The notes under the pieces are model-generated. The model was not told the DNA's origin. It ran no database searches and saw only the letters and a list, made by a program, of their open reading frames with translations. The position numbers and the translations under genes were made by a program. From positions 107,014,001-107,078,000 of the forward strand of contig CM059432.1 in NCBI GenBank assembly GCA_030390025.1: a stretch of 64,000 nucleotides of DNA, in the 5' to 3' direction. This document shows, piece after piece, positions 52,207 to 64,000 of the stretch. Within the stretch, counting starts at the first letter, position 1. Every line of letters starts with the position of its first letter. The stretch is from Squalus acanthias (lineage: Eukaryota).

Positions 52207-53596
52207 CCCTAACATCAGTGGTAGGGAAATTATTGGAAAAAATTCTGAGGGACAGAATTAGTCTCCACTTGGAGAGGCAAAGATTAATCAAGAATAGTCA
52301 GCATGGCTTTGTCAGGGGGAGATCATGTCTAACCAATTTGATTGAATTTTTCAAGGGGGTGACTAGGTGTGTGGATGAGGGTAGTGCAGTTGATGTAGTC
52401 TACATGGACTTCAGTAAGGCTTTTTGACAAAGTCCCACATGGGAGACTGGTCAAGAAGGTAAGAGCCCATGGGATCCAGGGCAATTTGGCACATGGGATC
52501 CAAAATTGGCTTAGTGGCAGGAGGCAGAAGGTGATTGTTGAAGATTGTTTTTGTGACTGGAAGCCTGTGTCCAGTGGTGTACCGCAGGGATCGGTGCTGG
52601 GTCCTTTGCTGTTTGTAGTGTACATTAATGATTTAGATATGAATGCAGGAGGTATGATCAGTAAGTTCGCAGATGACACGAAAATTGGTGGAGTGGTAAA
52701 TAGCGAGGAGGGAAGCCTCAGGCTACAGGATGATATAGATGGGTTGGTCAGATGGGCAGAACAGTGGCAAATGGAATTTAACCCTGAAAAGTGTGAGGTG
52801 ATGCATTTTGGGAGGACTAACAAGGCAAGGGAATAAACAATGAATGGTAGGACCCTAGGAAGGACAGAGGATCAGAGGGACCTTGGTGTGCATGTACATA
52901 GATCCCTGAAGGCAGCAGGACAGGTAGATAAGGTGGTTAAAAAGGCATATGGGATACTTGCCTTCATTAGCCGAGGCATAGAATATAAGAGCAGGGAGGT
53001 TATAATGGAGCTGTACAAAACGCTAGTTAGGCCACAGCTGGAATACTGTGTGCTGTTCTGGTCGCCACACTATAGGAAGGATGTGATTGCATTGGAGAGG
53101 GTGCAGAGGAGATTCACCAGGATGTTACCTGGGCTGGAGCGCTTCAGCTATGAAGAGAGACTGGACAGGCTGGGGTTGTTTTCCTTGGAGCAGAGAAGGC
53201 TGAGGGGGGACCTGATTGAGGTGTACAAAATTATGAGAGGCATAGATAGGGTAGATAGAAAGGAACTTTTCCCCTTAGTAGAGGGGTCAATAACCAGGGG
53301 GCATAGTTTCAAGGTAAGGGGCAGGAGGTTTAGAGGGGATTTGAGGAAAAACTTTTTCACCCAGAGGGTGGTTGGAATCTGGAACTCACTGCCTGAAAGG
53401 GTGGTAGAGGCAGGAACCCTCACAACATTCAAGAAGCATTTAGATGAGCACTTGAAATGCCATAGCATACAAGGCTACGGACCAAGTGCTGGAAAATGGG
53501 ATTAGAATAGACAGGGCTTGATGGCCGGCGCGGACACGATGGGCCGAAGAGCCTCTTTCTATGCTATATAACTCTATGACTATGACTATGACTCTA
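52207..53596 (+). mobile_element. CR1 LINE, 5'-truncated
   Basis: RT ORFs; (CTATGA)n tail; TTATT duplication. Confidence 0.9.
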
Positions 53597-54137
53597 TTAT
53601 TGCCCATCCCTAATTGTCCTTGAGAAGGTGGTGGGTGAGCTGCCTTCTTGAACCGCTGCAGTCCGCGTGGTGAAGGTACTCCCATAGTGCTGTTAGGGAG
53701 GGTGTTCCAGGATTTTGATCCAGTGACAATGAAGGAACGGCGATATACTTCTAAGTCAGGATGGTGTTTAACGTGGAGGGGAAGTTGCAGGTGGTGATGT
53801 TCCTATGCGCCTGCTACTCTTGTCCTTCTAGGTGGTAGAGGTCGCGGGTTTGGGAGGTGTTGTCGAAGAAGGCTTGGCGAGTTGCTCCAGTGCATCTTGT
53901 AGATGGTACACACTGCAGCCACGGTGTGCCGGTGGTGGAGGGAGTGAATGTTTAAGGGTGTGGATGGAGTGCCAATCAAGTGGGCTGCTTTGTCCTGGAT
54001 GGTGTCGAGCTTCTTGAGTGTTATTGGAGCTGCACCCATCCAGGCAAGTGAGAGTATTCCATCACACTCCTTACTTGTGCCTTGTAGATGGGGGAAAGGC
54101 TTTCGGGAGTCAGGAAGTGAGACACTTGCCTCAGAAA

Positions 54138-55713
54138 CAAATGGGACTAAAAGCCGACATATCCACTGGACCTGACAGCCTACATCCTAGGGTTCTAAAA
54201 GAGGTGGCTGAAGAGATAGTGGATGCATTGGTTTTGATCTTCCAAAATTCTCTAGATTCTAGAACAGTCCCATGCAGATTGGAAGGTCGCAGATGTAACA
54301 CTGCTATTCAAGAAAGGAGGGAGAGAGAAAACAGGGAACTACAGGCCAGTTAGCCTGACATCAGTCATCGGGAAAATGCTAGAATCCATTGTTAAGGAAG
54401 TGGTATCAGAGCACTTAGAAAATCATAACATGATTAGGCAGAGTCAACATGGTTTTATGAAAGGGAAATCGTGTTTGACAAATTTACTAGAGTTTTTTGA
54501 GACGTAACTAGCAGGGTAGATAAAGGGGAACCAGTAGATGTAGTATATTTGGATTTCCAAAAGGCATTCGATAAGGTGCCACATAAAAGGTTATTGCACA
54601 AGATTAGTGCTCATGGGGTTGGGGGTAATATAGTAGCATGGATAGAGGAATGGTTAATGGACAGAAAACAGAGAGTAGAGATAAACTGATCTTTTTCAGG
54701 TTGGCAGGCTGTAATTAGTGGGGTGCCACAAGGATCAGTGTTGGGGCCTCAGCTATTTACAATTTCTATTAATGACCTAGATGAAGGGACCAAGTAAAAT
54801 GTATCCAAGTTTGCTGACAATACAAAGCTAGGTTGGACAGTAAGCTGTGAGGAGAACACAAGAGTCTGCAAAGGGATATAGATAGACTAAGTGAGTGGGC
54901 AGTAAGGTGGCAGATGGAGTATAATGTAGGGAAATGTGAGGTTATTCACTTTGGTAGGAAGAATAGAAAAACAGAATATTTTTTAAATGCTGAGAAACTT
55001 TCAAATGTTGGTGTTGAGAGAGATTTGGGTATCCTTGTGCAAGAAACACAGAAAGCTAGGCATGCAGGTACAGCAAGCAATAAGGAAGGCAAATGGCATG
55101 TTGGCCTTTATTGCAAGGGGGTTGAGTATAAGAGTAAGGAAGTCTTGCTACAATTGTACAGGGCCTTGGTGAGACCACACTCGGAGTACTGTGCACAGTT
55201 TTGGTCTCCTTGTCTAAGGAAGGATATACTTGCCTTGGAGACGGTGCAATGAAGTTTCACTGGATTGATTCCTGGGATGAGAGGGCTGGCCTATGATGAG
55301 AGATTGCGTAAATGGGCTTATATTCTCTGGAGTTTAGAAGAATGAGAGGTGATCTCATTGAAACATACAAGATTCTGAAGGGGATTGACAGGGTAGATGC
55401 TGAGAGGTTGTTTCCCCTGGTTGGAGTGTCTAGAAGTAGGGGGCCTAGTCTCAGGATAAGGGGTCGGCCATTTAAGACCGAAATGAGGAGGAATTTCTTC
55501 ACTCAGAGGGTTGTGAATCTTTGGCATTCTCTGCCCCAGAGGGCTGTGCATGCTGAGTCTTTGAGTATATTCAAGGTTGAGACTCTAGGGGAATCAAGGG
55601 AGATGGAGATTGGATGGGAAAGTGGAGTTGTGGTCGATGATCAGCCATGGTCTTATTGAATGGCGGAGCAGGCTCGAGGGGCCATATGGCCTACTCATGC
55701 TCCTATTTCTTAT
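54138..55713 (+). mobile_element. CR1 LINE, 5'-truncated
   Basis: RT motifs and 3' UTR; the host LINE rejoins at cagaa|tacccagcc. Confidence 0.9.
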
Positions 55714-56939
55714 GAATACCCAGCCTTTGACCTGCTCTTGTGGCCACAGTATTTATGTGGCTGGTCCAATTAAGTTTCTGGTCAATGGTGACCCCAGGAT
55801 GTTGATGGTGGGGGATTCGGCGATGGTAATTTTGTTGAATATCAAAGGGCGGTGGTTAGACTCTCGCTTGTTGGAGATAGTCATTGCCTGGCGCGAATGT
55901 TACTTGCCCAAGCCTCAATGTTGTCCAGATCTTGCTGCATGCAGGCACAGACTGCTTCATTATCTGAGGAGTTGTGAATGGAACTGAACACTCTGCAAAC
56001 ATCCCCACTTCTGACTTTACGATGGAGGGAAGGTCATTGATGAAGCAGCTGAAGATGGTTGGGCCTAGGACACTGCCCTGAGGAACTCCTGCAGTGATGT
56101 ACTGGGGCTGAGATGATTGGCCTCCAACAACCACAACCATCTTCCTTTGTACTAGGTATGACTCCAGCCAGTGGAGAGTTTCCAGTTGAGGGAGGGCAGT
56201 AGGTAGTAATCAGCAGGAGATTTCCTTGCCCATGCTTGGCCTGAAGCCATGAGACTTCATGGAGTACTCCCAGGGCCACTCCCTTTCGACTGTATAGCAC
56301 TGTGCTGCCACCTCTGCTGGGTCTATCCTGACAGCTCTCACAAGTCCCCAGATGTTAGTGAGGAGGACTTTGCAGGGTTGACTGGGCTGGGTGTGCCATT
56401 GTCATGTCCGAAGCCGGTGCCGAGGTTGATGCCGGCTAGTCCGTCCAGTTTTATTCTTATTATTGTTTTTCGTAGCGGTTTGTTACAACTGAGTGGCTTG
56501 CTAGGCCATTTCAGAGGGCAGTTAAGAGTCAACCACATTGTTGTGGGTCTGGAGTCACATATAGGCCAGACCAGGTAAGGATGGCAGATTTCCTTCCCTA
56601 AAGGACATTAGTGAACCAGATGGATTTTTATGACAATCCGGCAGTTTCATGGTCACCATTACTGATACTAGCTTTTTATTCCAGATTTATTTAATTAACT
56701 GAATTTAAATGCCATGGTGGGATTTGAGCTCACGTCTCTGGATTATTAGTTCAGGCCTCTGGATTATTAGCCCAGTAACATAACCACTATGCTACCGTTC
56801 CTGTATAATAAAAACCTGTAACCCATTTTACCCTATATGACACTCAGTAGATAGCCAATGCCAGGCAAAGAATATAGAGGCTGCCTGGAAATATCTATGA
56901 GGCTGAATTTGATGGCACACATGAAACCACCAAACACAA

Positions 56940-57080
56940 TATCACATTACATGTTTTTGCGATCTTGCTGTGTGCAAATTCACTACATTACAACAATGAC
57001 AGCAATTCAAAAGTACTTCATTGCCTGTAAAGCATTTTGGGAATTCCTGAGGTCGTGAAATGCAAGTTCTTTCTTTTCTT
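56940..57080 (+). mobile_element. DeuSINE tail fragment
   Basis: Reverse complement of the 23157 and 44277 tails. Confidence 0.65.
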
Positions 57081-57109
57081 CTTCCTACTTATGTGCCTCT
57101 GAATTAATC

Positions 57110-58048
57110 AGTGATGGATGGGTGTCCATTTCGACAGGTGAAGTACACACTATGCATGCCTAACCAAGTCAACTTGTTTCCATGGCAACAAGCCATTCGC
57201 GCATGCGGGCTATACCCGGTGCCACAGTGCAGGACACCTTTGAATTCCGGGTTGACAATTCCGAGCAGGCTGCTCGCGTCCAGTGGGTGTGGGTGACCCT
57301 CCTCTTCGTATGGGTTGTGGAATTCATAAAACCCTCACACCGTATTAGATTAACCACCCTATTGACTGGTATAAAGGTGGTTACTGCCATGGAAGGAGTT
57401 TCACGTCATGACCTGTCAGACTCTTACAGCCAGAAAATCTTCCCAGTATTCCAAGTACATGCGTTTCTATACCTCAAGACATCACAAGTGCTCCACAGCA
57501 CTTTTGAAGATCAGCAACATCAGCATTATCCAGGAAATACTGAAGGTTGGTTTTGGTTTAAAGTAAGATCACTTCGAAGACAGCGTGTGAGAAGCTGACG
57601 GCAGAACAGCGAACAGAAAGATTCGGGCCTACAATCAACTCCAAGGGACAGCCGATCGGGAGTGGTGATTGTATGTTTCAGTCAAATCATAGAGGGGGCT
57701 TTTATGATTGAGTCTGAGTAAGTTTGTGAGTTTCAGTCAGATCACAATGAGGGTTCTGTGATTGAGTCTGGGTAACTTTATATGTAACAGTCAAATCGCG
57801 GACGGGTTTAACTGTGTCATATTGTGTCGATGCAAATGACCCTTGCATAGGGGTTTGTATTTTGGGGTTGAAAGCCTGATATAAACCGTAGGGATTTATA
57901 CTGGGGAAGTAATTGTGTGTGTGTGTTCAATAAACGAACGAATCAAAGGTTGAGCCAAAACCCTGTGCCGTGTGTATTTTGTTCTTACAAATCCTGACGT
58001 CCAAGAACTGTGTGTAACGGGGGACCAGTATCGGATAAATCCCTTACA
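57110..58048 (+). mobile_element. LTR-like segment, 5' boundary not found
   Basis: TATAAA at ~57370, AATAAA at ~57929, ends in TTACA at 58048; no TSD identified. Confidence 0.45.
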
Positions 58049-58377
58049 GCCGCGACTTTTCCATGTTAATTAGGCCCCTGCCTGCCTTTTGCGGAACCTC
58101 GATGCCTGATTTGTGTTTGTAGAAATTTAAACGGGTGGGAATGGGGTCAGATTGGGTTTGGGTTAGGGTCGGGTTGCTCGATCCTGATGTTTTGATCCCC
58201 CACCAATGACCCTCACCCACCCAGCAGGGGGGTTTAAAATCGACGCCTAAATGTCTCTGCTTGGTTTTATTGCTGTAAATTCAAAATAGAACTGTTCAGT
58301 CTGAAGAAAGATCTTTGAAACCATTATGAACAATTTAGTTAATTATCAATTAAGGATTTTCTTTTTAGCTTACTCAC

Positions 58378-58840
58378 AGTGTGAAGTCTTGATGCTATGC
58401 AAAGAATTTTGAGTCCAGGGCTGAGATATCTCCTGATGAATTTCAAGAACTCCTTTGCTAAAAAGACTTTTTCAATAGGTCTACAGAGATTCTGATGAAT
58501 TTCACGAGCTACGTTTATACAAACTTTCTCCTCACTTGACCGCAGGTTTTCATCATCTGCACTTGACATGTTCGTGAAACCCACTTAATTCTGGGTTGCT
58601 ACGGTTTTCATTAGGAAGTCATGTGACATAATTTGGTCAGTCATAATGTGATGGTGTGATGTGGCCCCTGGGCTGAGAGCCCATGTCAGGCCTGCACACT
58701 GTTAAGGCTGCATGGGATTGAAACAAGGCCTGAGATATGGAATAGATTGACCAAGCAAAGATTGGGAGCCCAGCAACCGTAATAGGAAGTGCAGCTGTTT
58801 GTTATCAATATATACACCATAAGTTTTCTATAAACTTGTG
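58378..58840 (-). pseudogene. Decayed 463-nt exon copy 2; possibly MROH-like
   Basis: ttttAG acceptor and GTGAGT donor; a single frame of 154 codons with three stops and no frameshift; paralogous to 38981-41397. Confidence 0.55.
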
Positions 58841-58852
58841 CTAAAATATAAA

Positions 58853-59800
58853 GGCTGCGAAATTTGGCACCTTCGCGCCGGCTGTTAGGGCCTGTACCGG
58901 CAGAAAAATGGCGGCTATCTCGCTTCCACCCACTTCTGGCACGGGCTGCGGCGATCCCCATTTTAGGCAGGTCGGTAGTGCGACGTTCGCCAGAAGAATG
59001 CTAATGAGGCAGATCGTGAAGTCAGTCAGCGTGCAATGCTGATTTGACGCACAACCTGCTATTTTAGACGTCACCGCTCGACTGCACGGCCTCTTGAAAG
59101 CACGCATAGCTGAAAGTGGTTTCAGCTGCACGAAGGACACCCCACACTATCGGTACTTTAAGATCTCATCAACAACTTTCAGGTGACTTGCTTTTTGATA
59201 TCTTCTGGCTCTGAGTAAGCTTGTGCAACTCTTTGCAGCTTTCTACAGTTATTCAAAGTTGGTGAGGTGACAGTGAGTGTTGCTGCAAGTGGAGAAGGCC
59301 TTGCTTCTGAATTCAAGGGTTCTGGTCAGACCACTTGCTCCCAGTCATGGGGGCTCTACTTGCAGACCCCCTCACGCTGCAGCATGACAGGGAGATGGAG
59401 CAGAGGCAGCAAAGAAGAGGACAAGCTGCTCGCAGAAGGAGGAGGAGGATGAGTGCTCTCAGCAGGAGGCCTTCCGCACCTAGGGTCTTCCAAGAGCACT
59501 TCTTCTACCTGCACTTAAGCGAGGAGCAGTGTATTCGGAGGCTCTGCTTCACCAAGGAGGTAGTCACAGAACTCTGCCGCCTCTTGGAACCAGACTTGCA
59601 GCCTCAGGGCAGGGCGACGACGGCGCTGCCAGTGGCCCTGAAGGTCACCGTAGCCCTCAATTTCTTCACCACCGGATCCTTCCCGTCTGGAGCAGGAGAC
59701 ATAGCTAACATCTTCCAGTTCATCGTCCAGCACTGCATCCGGGAGGTCACAGAGGCTCTGTACTCTCGGAGAAGGGATATGATTGTCTTCTCCCTTAAAC
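58853..59800 (+). mobile_element. Harbinger fragment: terminus plus transposase N-terminus
   Basis: ORF 59335 (LSEEQCIRRLCF...ALPVALKVTVALNFF.TGSF) is homologous to 46360-46730; the leader is homologous to 48699-49100. Confidence 0.85.
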
Positions 59801-59895
59801 AGACACTGGGTGTACTGACCTGTTGCACTGCAGCTGCTTAGAATTTGTCATGTTTGTTTTGCCCAGTTTAAAGCCAATATTTTCACACTTTAAAA

Positions 59896-60320
59896 TTAAT
59901 TCTCAGGAAGTGGGCGTTACTGGCAAGGCCAACATTTATTGCCCATCCTTAATTTCCCTGAGAAGGTGGTGGTTGTCCTTCTTCTTGAATCGCTGTAGTC
60001 CGTGTGATAGCGGTTTGATAGAACGGAGTGGCTTGCTAGGGTACTTCAGAGGGCAGTTAAGAGTCAAACACGTTGCGAGACTGGAGTCACATATAGGCCA
60101 GACCGTTTAAGGATGGCAAACTTCCTGCCTAAAGGACATTAATGAGATTGTTGGGTTTTTATGACAATCCGACTGCTTTAAGGTCACTTAATGAAACTGG
60201 CTTTTTATTCCAGGTTTCTTTTTTAAACTGAATTCAAATTCTCAAACTGCCATGTTGTAATTTGAGCTCCTGATTTCTGGATTGTTTGTCCAATAACAGT
60301 ACCACTATATTACCGTACCA
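59896..60320 (-). mobile_element. SINE-like bipartite derivative of family B (tRNA head plus 5' UTR plus 3' tail)
   Basis: 60010-60320 matches the family B 5' end; 59896-60008 matches the family B 3' end; no ORF lies between them. Confidence 0.75.
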
Positions 60321-60724
60321 GTTATCTGAGAGGTTTTTGCATCTTTAGTGTAATGGGTTAGCTTTTCTGCTTGTTTAATAATGCCCGTGGGAGGATGGTC
60401 CTGGCTCTGAGGAACAGAAGATGTTGGACAATTTTGATTATCCTACAGATTATCTAAATTGCTGTAGTAAACCAGACCCTGACTATTGGGTGTGGCAGTT
60501 TCATGTGTGCAGCAGAATTCAGCCTTATACATATTTCCAGGCAGCCTCTATATTTTTTGCCTGTTATTGGCTATTTACTGAGTGTAATATAGGGCAAAAT
60601 GTGTTACGAGTTTTCATTATCAACATACAGTTTCTACTAATTATTGTTATGCTTACCACGCAGTGATTCTGGGCATAGACACAAAGGTTTGCTGATAACC
60701 GAATTAGGGATAAGGCAAGGTATA

Positions 60725-61170
60725 TTCCAGACTGAAATTGATAGATTTTTGGGCACTAAGGGAATCAATGGATATGGGGATAGGGTGGGAAAGTGGAGTT
60801 GATGTTAAAGTTCAGCCATGATCTTATTGAATGGCGTGGCAGCCTCGAGGGACCAAATGGCCGACTCCTGCTCCTATGTCTTATAAAAGAACATAAGAAT
60901 TAGGAGCAGGAGTAGGCCATATGGCCCCTCGAGCCTGCTCCACTATTCAATAAGATCATGGCTGATCTTCTACCTCAACTCCACTTTCTCACCTGATCCC
61001 CCTATTGCTTGATTCCCCTAGAGTCCAAAAATCTATCTCTCTCAGCCTTGAATATACTCAACGACTGAGCATCAGCCCTTTGGGGCAGAGAATTTCAAAG
61101 ATTCACAACCCTCTGTGTGAAGAAATTCCTCCTCATCTCAGTCTTAAAAGGCCGACCCCTTATCCTGAGA
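60725..61170. mobile_element. Two CR1 3' ends, tail-to-tail
   Basis: Plus-strand copy ends at ~60884; minus-strand copy starts at ~60890. Confidence 0.85.
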
Positions 61171-61174
61171 CTAG

Positions 61175-64000
61175 AAGGGTAGGGGGAACCATGGGGAAAT
61201 GGAGGAGGAGATCCCGCAGACACTGGTCCTATCCAACAGATACAATGCACTTGATACCTGTGAGGACAAGGAGAAAGACTGTTAGAAGGACAGTGTCACA
61301 ATGCTGACCTGGGCACCGTGGAGCAGAGGGCTGTCCAAAGGGGGGAGGAGCAGAATAGAAATGTAGTGGTTATAGAGGATTCAATAATTAGGGGGATGGA
61401 TAACATCCTCTGCAGCCACAATCGAGAGTCCTGAAGGGTGTGTTGCCTACCTGGCAAAGCAGAGTTGTTTTAATGGGAGATTTTAATTTTCATACAGATT
61501 GGGAAGACCAGCCTAGCTCAAGTCAGAAAGGCAATGAATTTCTTGAGTGCATTCAAGAAAGTTTTCTGGAGCAATATGTTCCAGAAGCAACAAGAGGGCA
61601 AGCCATACTAATTAGTAATGAGTAATACACCAGAGTTAGTTAATAGTCTACTAATTTAGTAATTAGTAATGAGCCAGACTTAGTTAATAATCTGACAGTA
61701 AGGGAACATTTATCTAACAGTGATCATAATATCATCATAAGATTCTGGGGGGGAGAAATTCGGTTGGTTAGCGCCTCCCGTTAGCGCCTAGGGAGTGGTG
61801 CTAATGGGGCGCTAAGGGTTTAGTGACCGGCCGCGGCGAATGCAGCGACGCCTGTGAACTTCAGTGCCAGTTTAGCTCTGGCGCTGACTCTTACCACCTG
61901 GGCCTCTAGCGCCTTGCAGATCATGACGTCATAAAGTGCACAGCGCCCCGTTATCGCCCCGGATGTGAAATTGCCTCCCGCCCCCTGCTGTATCGCCGGG
62001 CGTGAACAATGGCAGGATGATATTCGGCAACTCGGCTGGCCGCTTGGGGAGCGCTAATTAAAGGGAATGGTTTTCAGGTAGGCCAACCTTTATTATTTGC
62101 ACCAGTCTGGTGCCTGCTTAAAGTTTTTGATGTTTCATTGCTGCAAGATGTCCAAGCCCTCCACTTTGAGAGAGTGTTTGGGGCTGTAATGGCAGTCGCG
62201 CAGGTCGCCTTGCAACGCAGAACTGCCGACAAGTAGGTTGTGCACCATCATTGGCCCTTCCCTTTAAGTGAGGAAAGCAGCCTCTGATGCTGTTAGCGAT
62301 GCGCTCCAAATTATTCAGCGCTCTGCCGCTACCGCCCCGCTCTCGGACTTTAGCACCCTAAGAGAAGTGGTTAGCGCTTGATTTAGTGCTCCACTTCCCT
62401 CTTGGAGCACTAAAGCTGAATTTCCCGGCAGGATAGAATCATTAGCGCCTGGTGCTACTTTTTCTACTTTTCAAAAGTTAGCACCCCGGTTGGAATTTCT
62501 AGCCCTAGATTACACCTTGGCTAACTTTAATGGGATGAGACAGAGAGTGACAACAGCAAACTGGTCAAAAGTGTTATAATAGGGTAAAACCACAGATGAA
62601 TAGTGGGAGGTGTTCATAAAAAAATTAGCTTCATACAGGAGCAGTAAATACCCCTTAGGGGCAAGATCTCGAATTACCAAATAAAACAGCCATGGTCGAC
62701 AAAAGAGGTGAGAGATAAAATAAAACTAAAGGAAAATGCAAATAAAAATGCAAAGAATAGTATAGATCCAGGAGACTGGGAGAGATATAAAGAACAGCAA
62801 AGGAAGACAAAAAAGATAGTAAGAGCTGCAAAAAGGGTATACGAAAAGAAACTTGCGAGGGATATCTAGATTAAAAAGTGTATACAATTATATTAGAAGA
62901 AAAAGGGTAGTCAAAGGTAATGTTAGCCCTTTAAAAACAGATGTGTATAAAATATTGCAAATATAAATAAGTAAATGGCAGACTTGTTGAAAAATTACCA
63001 GTAAAGATCAGGGCTTCACAGTAGAGGAAGAGGATAATATATCTGACATTCCAGGGAAACTAATGATGAATCAAGGACTGGAACTCACAAAAGTTAGTGT
63101 ATGCAAGAAGACAGTATTAGAAAAAATAATGGCACTAAAGACTGACAAATCCCCAGGACCCAATGGTTCCCAGCCCAGGGTTTTAAAGGAAGTAGGTGAG
63201 GAAATTGCAGATGCTTCAGCCATAATCTCTTAATTCAGGAATTGTGCCTTTAGATTGGAAAATCATAAATGTAACTCCATTATTTAAGAAAGGTGACAGA
63301 GAGAGAAACCATGAAATTATAGACCTGTTAGTCTAACATCTGTTGCGGGGAAGTTATTGGAATCTATAATTAAGGACAGAGTGACTGAGCACTTGAGCTG
63401 ATTTGAGAGAACCAACATGGTTTTGTAAAGGGTAGGTCTTGTCTAACTGAATTTTTTGAGGGAGTAACTAAAGTAGTAGACAGGGGAATGTTTATGGATG
63501 TAGTTTATAAGGACTTTCAGAAGGCATTCAATAAGGTTCCACATAAGAGATTATTACCTAAAATGAAAGCTCCTGGAATTGAACATAAATTATTGACCCG
63601 GTTAGGAGACTGGTTAGGCAGTAAAAGACAGAGAGTAGCGATAATGGGTGTGTACTCGAATTGGAAGGAAGTGACTAGCAGTGTCCGACCAGGCTCTGTG
63701 TTGGGGCCTCAACTATTCACTATATTTATTAATGACTTAGATAACATAATAGAGAGACATATATCCGAGTTTGCCGATGACACAAAGACTGGAGGTATAG
63801 TAAGTAGCGTAGATGGGAGCATAAAATTACAAAGAGACATTGATAGATTAAGTGAGTGGGCAAACTGTGGCAGATGGATTTCAATGCAGGCAAATGTGAG
63901 GTCATCCATTTTGGACTGAGTATTTTTAATGGTGAAAAGCTAGGAACAGTGGAGGTCCAAAGAGATTTAGTGGTCAACATACACAGATATAATAGTCAGT
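61175..64000 (+). mobile_element. Old CR1 LINE (ORF1 remnant, ORF2), runs off window end
   Basis: ORF1 remnant (EDSIIRG; CCLPG-like), GDFN, KSPGP, DFQKAFNKVPH, FADD. Confidence 0.85.
61749..62505. mobile_element. Harbinger-like MITE, same family as 16785-17673
   Basis: Start gggggagaaattcggttggttagcgcctcccgttagcgcc matches the reverse complement of 17600-17673; ends gaatttctagccc. Confidence 0.7.

Larger units (their letters stand above)
52151..56801 (-). mobile_element. Family B LINE, both ends present, large internal deletions, two CR1 insertions
   Basis: Pieces 52151-52206, 53597-54137 and 55714-56801 rejoin; head at 56711-56801. Confidence 0.8.

Noticed and set aside
58430..58510. Hammerhead ribozyme or C/D snoRNA from repeated CTGATGA
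   Set aside because: No stem II-GAAA or terminal stem follows; the sequence is better explained as the antisense of the minus-strand pseudo-exon.

Overview
Eukaryotic, transposon-saturated DNA, almost certainly from a cartilaginous fish (shark). This is inferred from HER1/CR1-type LINEs, an HE1-type V-SINE, SacSINE1-type DeuSINEs and a shark-type Penelope palindrome. No intact host gene is present. Most of the window is deeply nested mobile elements: about 15 CR1 LINE copies or fragments, four solo LTRs with 4-bp TSDs, a degenerate two-gene PIF/Harbinger transposon, a hAT element with an 8-bp TSD, MITEs and SINEs. The most striking system is a second LINE family ('family B', APE-RT, no recognisable ORF1). 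Three end-to-end copies of it begin with a tRNA-derived, Pol III-type head carrying a tandemly duplicated anticodon arm. A short SINE-like derivative joins a single-arm version of the same head to the same 3' tail. The little non-TE sequence holds decayed minus-strand coding relics resembling MROH1 (maestro HEAT-like), one of them duplicated about 17-19 kb apart. All family assignments come from motif recognition by eye, with no database search.
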